64,000 bases of DNA from Octopus vulgaris (lineage: Eukaryota): contig OX597815.1 in assembly GCA_951406725.2 (NCBI GenBank), forward strand, positions 32,860,001-32,924,000. The letters run 5' to 3'. Of this stretch, positions 51,030 through 62,847 are shown one piece after another; position 1 is the stretch's first letter, and each line of letters opens with the position of its first letter. The notes below the pieces were generated by a model that ran no database searches, was not told the origin of the DNA, and worked only from the letters and a program-made list of their open reading frames with translations. Both the position numbers and the translations under genes were made by a program.

Positions 51030-52417
51030 CTGTATGTATGTATTTTTGAAACTTGTAAAGATATAGTAGATGCCCCCAACTGAACTATTCTCCAGAATTG
51101 ACCATGGTGCATTTCACAAGTTGTTGTAGCAAAGAACTCACGAGAAACCAATATATGCTTTAATAAAGTTACCTAATGTGCTGTTATCTCCATAATATTC
51201 TATTGACTCTTAAAAAAATCATAGAAATAGAATACATCCACATACTAAAACTAAACCTGGTACTCAGTACACAAGTATCAGATAAAATTTATAACTGCAA
51301 GGAAAACTAAAAAATAATGCCATACAATACCAGATGCATGGTTGGTGTATATTTGGAACAAAATACATTAAGTATAATCTGATGGAATCAAGAGACAGAA
51401 TATTAGATGGCATTCAACTCTTACCATACCATCCTGTCGAAAATTTTCTAAGTCAAAAATTCATTCTTGTTATGATTCCATTACAGTATGAGAATGAATG
51501 GTAGAATAAATTAGTCTTTTTTTTTCCTTACATTAGAGAGCTCTTCACTTTCTTCATGATGAATGTAAACATAGTACTATTCTTATGATATTGCATGTTT
51601 GAGGACTGGCTGACTGGTGCAGTCTTGTGTGGTACTGCGTCATAGAGGAATGATAAAAAGTTAAATAGATTAAGGAAAATACAAACTAAAAGTAAATGGA
51701 GATATAAGATATTGATAAAAACAAAGAGGAAAAATATATTTATCAAAAAAGAGAGAAAATCAGAGAAGCTACTCAAACCAATAATATACTACTAAAAATA
51801 GACATCATCCATTATCTTTATATGACAGTTACTCTGGAGAAATGCTTCCCTTTTATGCAAAGACAAAAGAACCAATAAAAGCTTGATACGCTAGAAATAG
51901 CAGCCATATCCCTCTCAAATTTTGTACATCCTCTCTTCTTAGAGAAGAAAGATACATTGGATGTTATGGTTCTGGATGCGCTGTGACCCAAAAAGGGATG
52001 GGATTGTCATGACTAGAATATCTCTAATCATAAATCTGCTTAATCCAACCAGAAGCCAAGGAACAATAACAACAAAAAACAAAAAAAAAATGCATAAATT
52101 CTAGAGTAGTGCTAAACCTATGCCAGGGTGACAAATCTGTGATGCGGGTTTGATTGCCAGTTAATTTAATTACTTTAATGTATTCAATTTAACTAAAAAA
52201 TCTTGACTAATCAATATCTTGGGCTTTACCAGACTTAGTCATCTTGTGTTAATTAGCAACTTATTGTGATAAAACTTTTCATTGTGTGTAGTGAGAATGA
52301 AAGGTGCAGGTCATCTTTCATAGGCTGTAATAAACCTTTTTACAATGACTGTTTGTATATTTGTTTTCTATAACAAATTTTTCCTTTGAATTTTTACTAC
52401 TTATGCTTCTTCTATAG

Positions 52418-52489
52418 GTGTATCCTTATGAACGCCTGAAGATTACCAACTTTGACTTACCCAAAGATGTCGATAGAAACTGTTTGGAG
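52418..52489 (+). CDS. ABLIM: ABLIM-like exon, villin headpiece N-terminal part (VYPYERLKITNFDLPKDVDRNCLE)
   Basis: cttctatag acceptor, GAG|gtaaat donor. YPYE.L....LPKDVDR..LE is the ABLIM/dematin headpiece signature. Confidence 0.97.
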
Positions 52490-52548
52490 GTAAATATTTC
52501 TGTTCTTTAATGGTACTATCCTCTTTAACCGGTGTCTATCGCTGTGAA

Positions 52549-53072
52549 CATCATCATAATCATCATCATCATCGTTTAATGTCCGCTTTCCATGCTAGCA
52601 TGGGTTGGACGATTTGACTGAGGGCTGACGAACCAGATGGCTGCACCAGGCTTCAATCTTGATCTGGCAGTTTCTACAGCTGGATGCCCTTCCTAATGCC
52701 AACCACTCTGAGAGTGTAGTGGGTGCTTTTATGTGCAACCAGCACAGGGCCAGTCCGGCAGTACTGGCAATGACATCACTCGAATCTTTTACACATGCCA
52801 CCGGCACGGGTGCCATTAAGGCGATGCTGGTAACAATCATGCTCAAATGGTGTCTTTTACATGCCACCAGCACGGAGGCCAGATAGCCGCTCTGGCAATG
52901 ATCACGCTTGGATGGTGCTCTTAATACCCTACTAGCACGGGGCTTGAGTGCCAGTAAGGCGACGCTGGTAACAATCACACTTGAATGATGCCTTTTAAGT
53001 GCCACTAGCACGGTAGCCGGTTAGTCGCTCTGTCAATGATCACACTCGTATGGTGCTCTTTGCACCCCGCTG
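52549..53072 (-). mobile_element. RTE-type 3'-end element with tandem subrepeats
   Basis: Same family; starts ~60 nt after the headpiece exon donor. Confidence 0.85.
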
Positions 53073-53624
53073 GAAAATTTCATGACATGTTTGAAGTTAT
53101 GATAGGCATGTTTTTCAAGGGATTCCAATACCAAATTAGCTGTCTAATTATATCACCAATCAATTTTGCCAACGTATTTTGTTGACAATATATGAAACCT
53201 TTTTGATGCAAATATCTGTAAATTATACTGACCATTATAAGAGGAATAAATGGAAAGTAATTTTGCAGTTATAGTTAGCCATGATCCTGAATGGATCTGT
53301 CCATGACAAACTCATGTGCTACAACATAGATAGGGCAGGTAACAAACCTGGCTTTTGTGAAGCTCTGATTAATTCAGTTCATTTAAAGGCTTTTAATGGG
53401 ATTCACCATTATTAGCTGACAGCTGATTTCAAATGTTTCCAGAAGCTGGATTACTTCAATATACAGCAACATCTATTTAGTGGTCAGAGTTAGTGGCCAC
53501 TTATTAAAACTCTTCTGAATTACATGATTGGTGTGTCATATCTTTTAAATACATTCTCTCTCTGGCTAACACTGGGAAACCAGAGACAATGTGGTTAAAT
53601 ATTTCTTCTATTATTTCTTATTGT

Positions 53625-53880
53625 TAAGACAATGAACTGGCAGAATGATTAGCAGGAGGGCAAGATGCTTATCAGCATTTCATCTGTCTCTAAGTTCTGA
53701 GTTCAAATTTTGCTGTGGTCAGCTTTACCTTTCATTCTTTTGGAGTTGATAAAATAAGTACCAGTTGAACACTGGGCTCGATGTAACTGATTTATTCCCT
53801 GCCCCGAAATTGCTGGCCTTGTGGTCAAAATTTTAAATCATCATCATCATCATCATCATCATTATTATTATTATTATTAT
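53625..53880 (+). mobile_element. Third-family SINE with (ATC)n(ATT)n tail abutting the terminal-exon acceptor
   Basis: Reverse complement of the 49003-49912 units. Candidate TSD TATTATTTC at 53609-53617 and 53881-53889. Confidence 0.8.
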
Positions 53881-53891
53881 TATTATTTCAG

Positions 53892-54005
53892 ATATATCTC
53901 GCCAAAGAGGATTTTCATGAATTGTTTAAGATGGGTCAGGAAGAATTTTACCGACTTGCTGAATGGAAACGTAATGACTTGAAGCGAAGACACCACTTGT
54001 ATTAA
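53892..54005 (+). CDS. ABLIM: ABLIM-like terminal coding exon, villin headpiece C-terminal subdomain (IYLAKEDFHELFKMGQEEFYRLAEWKRNDLKRRHHLY*)
   Basis: atttcag acceptor; three core Phe and WKRNDLK motif; TAA at 54003-54005. Confidence 0.97.
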   Translation: MYLAKEDFHELFKMGQEEFYRLAEWKRNDLKRRHHLY

Positions 54006-55578
54006 ATTTGCTATGTGCAACTATGTATAAACACAACATGTCCACTTATGCAATCAATAATATTTCATTATTAAACACACATGCAGACACAACGCACAGA
54101 TACACACGTACACACACACACACACACATACACACACACACACGTAACAAACATGCATACATCTATGACAACAATGATTTCATTTGATCAGTAAGGTGAT
54201 GGACAAGTGGTTCAAAATGAACTTTTCTAGATAGTTAAAACCTTATGTGGTTTTGATGTTTTGGTATAATTCTATTTAATATACCAATGGTCACATATAG
54301 CAGCAACTAGGTCTTTACTTTGAACTGTTATTACTACTACTACTACTACTACCACTACTACAAATAACACTGCTTCTTGGTTTAACCTTTTCCATACAGT
54401 CTTTCAAGCCCACTGCAAGTAGCTTATTGAAATTTGAATAGCTCTATATATAAATATCAGAATTCTTTCTCTCTCTCTCTCTCTCTTTCTCTCTCTGTCA
54501 TACACATACATGCATACACTCTTTCTCTGTTCTGTCTGTCTCTCTCTTTCTCCAGTCATTGCTGCTCACAAACATTCAGATGAAATAATCATCTAATTTA
54601 GTAATCATTAGCAATGGCAGAAAGTAACGATCTGCTTTCGAATGCAGTCAGCTTCACTGTGTTGAAAATGTAATTTTTTCTTTTTTTTTTTGACACAGCT
54701 TAGCTTATTCTCTCTGTAGCATTTCTTACCAATGCCATCACAGACACACTATGTGCACACAATACTTTTCTCTGTGGCTGTGTTCTTCCATTATAATCAA
54801 GATACCAAATTTGTTCAGTTTATTTTTTCATTGAATTTGCTTACTTTTGCCATTAATTTTATAACAGAATTTTTTTTTTCCTAAATAGTAACCATCTGCT
54901 AAAATGATATCCATTCTATAAAAATATTTACATTGAATTCTTTGTAATTATCTCCCTTGATACCAACTCATTGAAAATAAAGTTCTATAGAATTATCTGG
55001 AACTAGAGGGGCCTTAATTTTTTTCTTTATTTCCCTCTTGAATTTGTGTTTGGTCAAACTGTTTGCTGCAAAAATGCTTCTCCCTTGTTTATTTTTACTC
55101 ATTGTTGTCTTTTCATACCGTCTGCATCTTAAAAAAAAAATCTCTCTCTGGTTATCTTAATTTTAATGAATTATTTCAAAAATATCTTCAATTCTTTTTC
55201 ATTTTCCCTCCAAACAAATTCAGCAAAAGATTGTCAAGTGTTAATAGCTTCATCATTCAATGTAATCAGTTATTAAACAGATAATATTTGTAAAGTAGGT
55301 TGCTCTAACAAATTGATTTTAAAATTCTGTGCGTTCTTTTTCCTCTTAAATATTGTTAATCGAAAATATTATACAATACAGCTTACTTAGCTTATAATTT
55401 CATAAATATAAATCATATTTTGTGTTTGTGGGGAAATACATTTTATTTTTCTCTTAGCCATTAAATTTAGTGATTCCTTCGCCAGTGCCTTTTTAATGCA
55501 TTATCAGCCGGGCAATTAAATTAACATGGAGTGTTTAATGGGTGCGTGAGTAGTTATTTGTATATGTATGCTTGGGTA

Positions 55579-55631
<53 letters not shown>

Positions 55632-58075
55632 GTGTGTGTGTGTATGTGTGTATATGTAATGATTGTTCAAAGAGGTTGTTTACTACAGGCTGTATTATAT
55701 GTATCTAATTTTTCTTTGGATTTAGCCTCTAGCTACTAATGTTTGTATTTTAGTGTGATCTTGTAACTACTACATGGATGCTGTTTCTTTCTGTTGATAA
55801 TACCATGTAATTTATCACAGAATGTAAAACCTTAAGCAGTTGGTCTCACTTGTATATTCTACTTCTAAAGTCTTGTTGATGCATTGTTCTTTTCCTAATT
55901 TCATCCACATTAGTAAGTATGGAATGAAACATCTTGACATCTATTGAGAGGAATGTTTATTTTCTTTCTAGTAGATTTTTAAATAAGACACATCTTTGTC
56001 TTTTTAACTTGAGAAAATATGTAAAAAAAAAATGTATAAAAAAAATAAAAAAGAAACATTACAAAATGAAGTTTTCTCTAATGTTTCATTTTTAACTAAA
56101 CATCTTCAGAAGTTTGAGACTATTATGCTTATAATTATGATGCCTCAGTTAATTTTCGTACTGTTTTGTTCAATCACCTAATATGGATAAATTGTCATTT
56201 TTATCTTTGATATATATTTATATGTGAATATTAAATTTTATTTTTTTAATGGGGCAGATCATTTAGGTTTGCTGTTTATATGTATATCAGTAACATCACA
56301 TCTACCTTTAGTATTTTGATTCCATGAAGCATCTTAAATTGAACTTCATCTTTTAATATTTTTATGTTATTAGGAGTACCTTTGACTAGATGTTTCTAGG
56401 ACTATAAGAACCTAACAAGTGTCTCTCCATTCCTAGATTGAGGCGTGTACTGTCAAGTGATTTGCTAACAACAACACAACTCTTGTGACAAAATTCAAAT
56501 ACACAACCCATGAGCTACAAGATAACTTAATCAATGTGCTTTACTTATAAAACAATTTATGTAATTACTGTGGAATAAATGTGATAAATTCACAAGTTAG
56601 ATTTGAAAGAAAGGAAACTTGATTATTAATCAATTAACCTTTTTTAAAAAATTATTCAGTCAAGTTTTTCAAATAACTTAGTACTGAGCAAGAGGAAATA
56701 GAATAAGCAAAAAATATTTTAAAAGTTTTTCACGTCAAGTTTCTTATTGTAAGGCTTTGAATTCTCTCCCTTCTCTGAACGCTAAACCTCTACTGTTGAA
56801 TAGAACTCAGTGGATAATATAGTATTATGAATCATTAATAAGCTGTTGAGAATTGTGTTGTTATTTTAGCTAAGTTTCATATTCTGACTGTACTAATAAT
56901 GAATGTGAAACTAACTAAACATTTTATTTTATTGAAATAAATATTGAGAAAAGACAATATTAAGTCAACACTTCCAAATTATGTTTCTGATTTGTAATAC
57001 AACCAAAGTATACTAAAAGAGAAAATTTGTCCCAATAAATATTTTGTTTTCATTGCCTAATTAGATGAGCCTTTGAAATGCTATAAATTAAGAAAATCAG
57101 TTTGATATTTCATTAGCTTGATTTTAATGAATCTTGCAACTATCATTCTTTGTATTAATTAGTGTTTTGAATTGAGCTTCTGGATTAGAATATAGGATTA
57201 GGAACATGCTATTTTCACACTACTTATATATCTTTTATTTTCACACTTTCTTTCTTTATTTTTTGTGATCAATTACTATATTTCTACTAATTTCTTATTA
57301 CTAATTTTTAAAATGTAAATTGAAGATTTTTTTTTCATTGAAAAAATCCGGCAAATTCTTTTTAATTATTAGGATTCTCTTTTGCCATAGTACTTATGTA
57401 ATGAAATAGTTTGGCGTCATGTACCTTTGCTAGCTGCTAAGTTGGTTTTTGAAACCTTCTGACTAATCCCTACTCTACATTCCTGATACACTGAACATTT
57501 GACTTATATATTTTTTTTATAAAAACTCTTTATAAGGAATTATTTAAAATTTTTTTCCTGAATTTGTCAAATATTTCATTAGTGTTATTTGTGGGTTATT
57601 TTTTTTTTCCAATTGATCTAAAATGTTGGCTTTAGAAAAAAATGTTTCTTTCATTTCTTTTCTGTCTTTTTTTTTTCTCACCCCTAATGTCTTCAGATTT
57701 GAACCCTTCACCTCTATGTGTGCATGTGTATCTGTTTTGGCTGCCTCCAACAAAATGCCATATTGTTTCTCTGATTCGATCCACTGGCTTATCTTCTCTC
57801 TCTTCACTCTCTTCCTCTCTTCTGCATGTCCTCTCCACACACTATACTTTTGCACTGTTACGATTGCTAATTTTGTCAGTGACTCAGTAGAGCCCAATTA
57901 CAATTCAATTGTTTATTTGCTGAGAATGCTTTGATATTTCTTTCTATTTTAAATGCCAGCAGCGTCCTTTCAAAAACTGTACAAATGTGTTCTATTGTGT
58001 GTTTCAAACAATATACAAAGGCCAACTGTCCATTTTGCCTTTAAAAATAAATTTTAAATTAAACTTCACCCAAAG
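54006..58075 (+). other. Putative long (~4 kb) 3' UTR
   Basis: Free of recognisable SINEs/LINEs, unlike its flanks. U/AU-rich. The end is inferred from the poly(A) signal at 58046; earlier AATAAA sites also exist. Confidence 0.4.
58046..58051 (+). terminator. Candidate polyadenylation signal
   Basis: AATAAA (plus ATTAAA at 58058) followed by a GT/T-rich tract at ~58075-58155, at the end of the TE-free stretch. Confidence 0.35.
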
Positions 58076-59016
58076 TGTCTTGAGTTTTGCTTTTTTTATT
58101 TGTTTGCTTTAATTTAAATCTTTATTTTATTTGTTTATTCTATTTTTATTTTTATCTTTCAGAAATGAAGATTTCTCCTTACTTAATTTGTTATATTCTT
58201 ACTTCCACTTATTGTCCCTAGGTCTGGCATACATGGGGTAGTCATAACATAAGTTGAATAGTTCTGCTAAAAATATTGATTCCAAATTTGGCATAAGGCC
58301 AGCAATTTCCAACTAGTACTTATGTGTCATCAACTCTGAATGATAAAATAAGTACCAGTTGAACACTGGGGTCGATGTAATCTGAGAACATTAACAAGTG
58401 TATAAATTTAGTCCGAAGTGTAACTTTTGATATTAACCTATCAATTATGAAAGGAGGTGGTGTGTGTTTTTACTTAGAATGAAGAAAGTAGATTTAAAAA
58501 CTGATAGCTGTTGCACATCTAATACTGCTGGTCGTTGTTGTTGATTAAAAGTCTTCACTGTTTATCTTGATATTGGTTAGGATTCGCAATATGGCATTGT
58601 TACATGTGCTTTGATTTTGTGTCTTTTTTAAAACATCCAAATGCTTATATTTCAACATTTTCTTTTGATATAGCTTCACAATATGCAATCTTCACCTTTA
58701 ATTCGCAACATTTTTTCATCCAATGTTCAACATTTATTTTTATTACATGTTCAAGACAGCATACTGTCTGCTGTCTATTCTCAATAATTGAATCTTTTAA
58801 CATTTTAAAAGCTTGCTAAGAACTTTATCTACTTTTTTTTTTTTTTTTTTCCGTTAAGCTGATATTTGCAAATAACCACTCATAGCAGAAAACACCCAAC
58901 AAAAGAAAGGGAACATGTAACCCCCACTTCTGAAAAGGTATTGAAAATACACTGATGAAAAAGAATGTTACAAACAGAAATTGAAAACAGTTAATGCAAA
59001 TAATAGAAAATAATAG

Positions 59017-59348
59017 CACAGCTGTGGCTGTGTGGTTTAGAAACTTGCTTCCCAACCATGTAGTCTAGGGTTCACTCCCATTGTGTGGTGCCTTCTACTT
59101 TAGCTCTGGGCTGACCAAAGCCTTATGAGTGGATTTAGTAGATGGAAACTGATAAGAGCCTGCGATATGTATATATACATGTGTGTGTGTGTGTGCATAT
59201 CTTTGCCTAGACATTACATGGTTGTAAATTAGCAAAATCATCATAAAGTGAAGTTGGTAACAGGAATGGCATCCAGTGGTTGAAAATCTGCCTCAAGAAA
59301 TTGTCTGACCCATGCAAGCATGGAAAAGTGAATGTTAAATGATGATGA
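59017..59348 (+). mobile_element. SINE with second-family head and RTE-type 3' tail
   Basis: Head matches the 49923 copy; the end GACCCATGCAAGCATGGAAAAG...TTAAATGATGATGA matches the RTE-type tails. Confidence 0.7.
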
Positions 59349-59962
59349 AAGTTTTGAGTATATTCAATCATATATAAAAGTTATACTCACAAAAAAATAA
59401 AAAATCATTAAATTTCTATAGCTCTGTTCTGTGAAATCTTAATATATAAAAATGAACGTGTATGTAAATGTTCTAAGCAGCAGGCTACAGGAATTGAATT
59501 TTAGATAGGGTCACATGTTTTCAAGGAAATTATAGGCTATGTCACTTTCTCAGATATTTTGTAGGTCCTTAGAAAAACTAAGAATAGTGAATGTCTACCA
59601 AGTGCTGCAATGATCACTGGAAAAAGTAATTGATTAGGTAAAGGCATGACTATAGTTAAGAAACCTGCTTTATGGGTTCAGTTCTACTGTGTGACATATT
59701 GGTTCATATAGCTTTGGGCCAGTCAATGCCTTATGAGTGGATTTGGTTGAAAGAAACTGTGTGGAAGCCTCTTGTATGTGTGTGTGTGTGTGTATTTGTT
59801 CAACCCACACTGACAAGTGGCATTGGTTTGCTTCCGTCCTTGTAATTTAACAGTCCAGCAAAACAGACTGTTTGACTAGACCCTCAAGGCATTGCTCCTG
59901 CATGGCTGCACTCGAATGACTGAAACAAGTAAAAGATAAAAGATTAAGAAAATAAATCAAAG

Positions 59963-60423
59963 TCATCATTGTTTAACGTCCACTTTCCATGCTAGCATGG
60001 GTTGGACGATTTGACTGAAGCCTGGTGAACCGGATGGCTGCACCAGATTCCAATCTGATCTGGCAGAGTTTCTACAGCTGGATGCCCCTCCTAACGCCAA
60101 CCACTCTGAGAGTGTAGAGGGTGCTTTTTACGTACCACCGGCACGAGGGCCAGTCAGACAGTACTGGCAACGGCCACGCTCAAATGGTGCTTTTATGTGC
60201 CACCTGCACAAGAGCCAGTCCAGCGACACTGGCAACGACCTCGCTCGAATGTTTTTTCATGTGCCACCAGCACAAGTACCAGTAAGGCGACGCTGGTAAC
60301 GATCATGCTCGAATGGTGTTTTTTATGTGCCACCAGTACGGAGGCCAGCTTGTTGCTCTGGCAACGATCACGCTCATATGGAACTCTTAGCGCTCCACTA
60401 GCACGGATGCCAGTCATCAAATT
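59963..60423 (-). mobile_element. RTE-type 3'-end element
   Basis: Same family. Confidence 0.85.
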
Positions 60424-60575
60424 TGTAATTATATTAATTAGATCAGTATTTTGAAACTAAGCACATTCTAACCAGGTATTATATTCCCTTTTTTTCCTAT
60501 CAGAATATTTTTAAGAAGCTCAATTCAACCTATCTTCTGGATACCACAATTCTGAATGACAAAGATATCTTTTAA

Positions 60576-60993
60576 CCCTTTAGTGTTTAAACCAACCATA
60601 TCCAGCCCAAATATTCTACATGTTTTGTGTTCAAACCAGCTAGATATCATTCTAAATATTTACAATCACATCATTGAATTCTTGAAGTTTTGAGATAACG
60701 CATGGTTAACTCAAAACAATATGAAGAGCACCCAAGCCAGTACTGCGTTAATACATCTGCTCTAGCAGCATATAAAAAGCACCCAGCACACTGTTAAGCG
60801 GTTGGAATGAAGAAGGGCATCTAGCTGTAGAAACTATGTCTCAACAGACAGCTGGAGTCTGGACAGCACCATGTCAAACAGTCCAACCCATGCCAGCATA
60901 GAAAGCGGACGTTAAACTATGATGATGGTGATGGTGGTGGTGGTGGTAGTGATGAATGTGAATGAATAAGCATTACTTTTGACAGCTAAAGGG
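60576..60993. mobile_element. piggyBac-like MITE containing a nested RTE-type tail (~60730-60955)
   Basis: TTAA|CCCTTTAG ... CTAAAGGG|TTAA termini. Confidence 0.7.
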
Positions 60994-61224
60994 TTAAAGC
61001 AATCTTTTCAAATACACAAGGGAAATTTTGTGATTGTTTTTAGTTTAGGTATTAATAAAAGTGAGCAAGGTTGGATTATGCTGTTAGCTAACTCTTTTGA
61101 AACCAAACTGTCTTCGATCGCCCCAAGTTCCATGAAAGAAACTTCTAATTTTTAAGTGGTATAATTTGAAACCTTCTGTTAAGATATCTTATTCTTTTAC
61201 TCTTTTGTAAGCTTAGTACTTTGT

Positions 61225-61529
61225 AAGCTTAGTACTTATTCTACCGGTCTCTTTCGCCGAACCGCTGAGTTACGGGGATGTAAACACACCAACATCGGTT
61301 GTCGAGCGATGTTGGGAGGACAAACACAGACACACAAATATATACACAGACACACATATATATATACATATATACGACGAGATTCTTTCAGTTTCCGTCT
61401 ACCAAATCCATTCACAAGGCTTTGGTCGGCCCGAGGCTACAGTAAAAGACACTTGCCCAAGGTGCCACGCAGTGGTACTGAACCTGGAACCATGTGGTTC
61501 GTAAGCAAGCTACTTACCACACAGCCACA
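61225..61529 (-). mobile_element. SINE, second family
   Basis: Reverse-complement similarity to 49923-50200. Further decayed copies at ~28290-28420(+), 40613-40773(-), 46764-46925(+), 59642-59942(+) and 63040-63178(-). Confidence 0.8.
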
Positions 61530-61619
61530 TTTATGTTATAAGTATCAGCTTAATAATGATATTTCGGTTTTGGATTTGGTTTGCAAGATTATTTATATGA
61601 GTTCGTGTGTTGAAGTATA

Positions 61620-61799
61620 TTCTGTTGTGTCTGGGGAGAGTCATTTTCTTTTTGTAAATAGTCGACTATTAAAAAGGTTGCAAGACGCAACGAAAATTTT
61701 AGGAAAATAAAAATAGGAAATAAGTGGAAATTTTACCGGTGAGTGTGTTGCATTATAAGGCACAAATAGAAAAATGACTCTCCCCATACACAATAGAAT
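61620..61799. repeat. Inverted repeat (~37-bp arms), MITE-like
   Basis: ATTCTGTTGTGTCTGGGGAGAGTCATTTTCT / AGAAAAATGACTCTCCCCATACACAATAGAAT. Confidence 0.7.
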
Positions 61800-61804
61800 T
61801 AATA

Positions 61805-62180
61805 GGAGGTGCAATGGCCCAGTGGTTAGGGCAGCGGACTCGCGGTCATAGGATCGCGGTTTCGATTCCCAGACCGGTCGTTGTGAGTGTTTATTGAGCG
61901 AAAACACCTAAAAGCTCCACGAGGCTCCGGCAGGGGATGGTGGTGATCCCTGCTGTACTCTTTCACCATAACTTTCTCTCACTCTTACTTCCTGTTTCTG
62001 TTGTACCTGTATTTCAAGGGGCCGGCCTTGTCACGCTGAATATCCCCGAGAACTACGTTAAGAGTGCACGTGTCTGTGGAGTGCTCAGCCACTTACACGT
62101 TAATTTCACGAGCAGGCTGTTCCGTTGATTCGGATCAACCGGAACCCTCATCGTCGTAACCGACGGAGTGCTTCCATTCC
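61805..62180 (+). mobile_element. Full-length tRNA-derived SINE, same family as 26754
   Basis: A and B boxes; 10-bp TSD AGAATTAATA (61795-61804, 62181-62190). Confidence 0.92.
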
Positions 62181-62494
62181 AGAATTAATAATGATAGTTG
62201 TTTCACTAAATTTGGAATTAGTTTTGAAATTAATTTAAATTAAATCAACAGAAATATTATAACGAAAAGGTTTAATATACTGCACGTCATTTCAGAATTG
62301 ACAAATACTAAGCTATGGCAGGAGTTGTCTACCTTGCACCATTTTTTTTCATTTTCTTTTTCTGCGTTTAAATTCTCTTGGTTAAGTTGGTATTAACATA
62401 GTTAATAGCCGGTGAGAAATATATTTGCTGTGAGAGCTAAAAATGATATTGGTCAATGAGTAATATTATTTTCATGTATAGTGCTTTAAACTAC

Positions 62495-62560
62495 GTGAGA
62501 AGTGTTTGGGCACTCTGTATCAAGGACGTGAGAAGTGTTTGGGCGTTCTGTATCAAGGAC
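62495..62560. repeat. 33-bp tandem duplication
   Basis: GTGAGAAGTGTTTGGGC(AC/GT)TCTGTATCAAGGAC x2. Confidence 0.9.
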
Positions 62561-62616
62561 TATACATTGCATACCATTTCATTCCTGTTTTTATTATTTT
62601 TTTGGAAGGTAGTTGA

Positions 62617-62847
62617 GTACTACTTAAGAAGGTGACCCCGGTGCGCGCACTCGCACATCCGCGCTAGCTAGTCGTGACTAATCGATCCTTACTTTGTGTT
62701 TCATTTACTTTGTTTTAAAAAATTATTTACTTTGTGCTTTTGTGTTTTATTTACTTTGCTAGGTAGTCGTTGTAGGATCGACTAGCTATAGCGCGGATGC
62801 GCGAGTACGCGAGTGCGCGCACTGGGAACACTCTTCTCAAGTAGTAC
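62617..62847. mobile_element. CpG-rich MITE-like foldback
   Basis: GTACTACTTAAGAAG...GTGCGCGCACTCGC..ATCCGCGCTAGCTAGTCG mirrored by CGACTAGCTATAGCGCGGAT...GCGAGTGCGCGCAC...CTTCTCAAGTAGTAC. T-rich core of TTACTTTG repeats. Confidence 0.75.

Noticed and set aside
52595-53011. 138-aa minus-strand ORF and related ORFs at 39888, 43354 and 60193
   Set aside because: Read-through of tandem subrepeats in the RTE-type 3'-end elements; no protein motif.
57544-57934. Overlapping ORFs of 68-117 aa
   Set aside because: Low-complexity pyrimidine/purine-skewed sequence in the putative 3' UTR; no domain or splice support.
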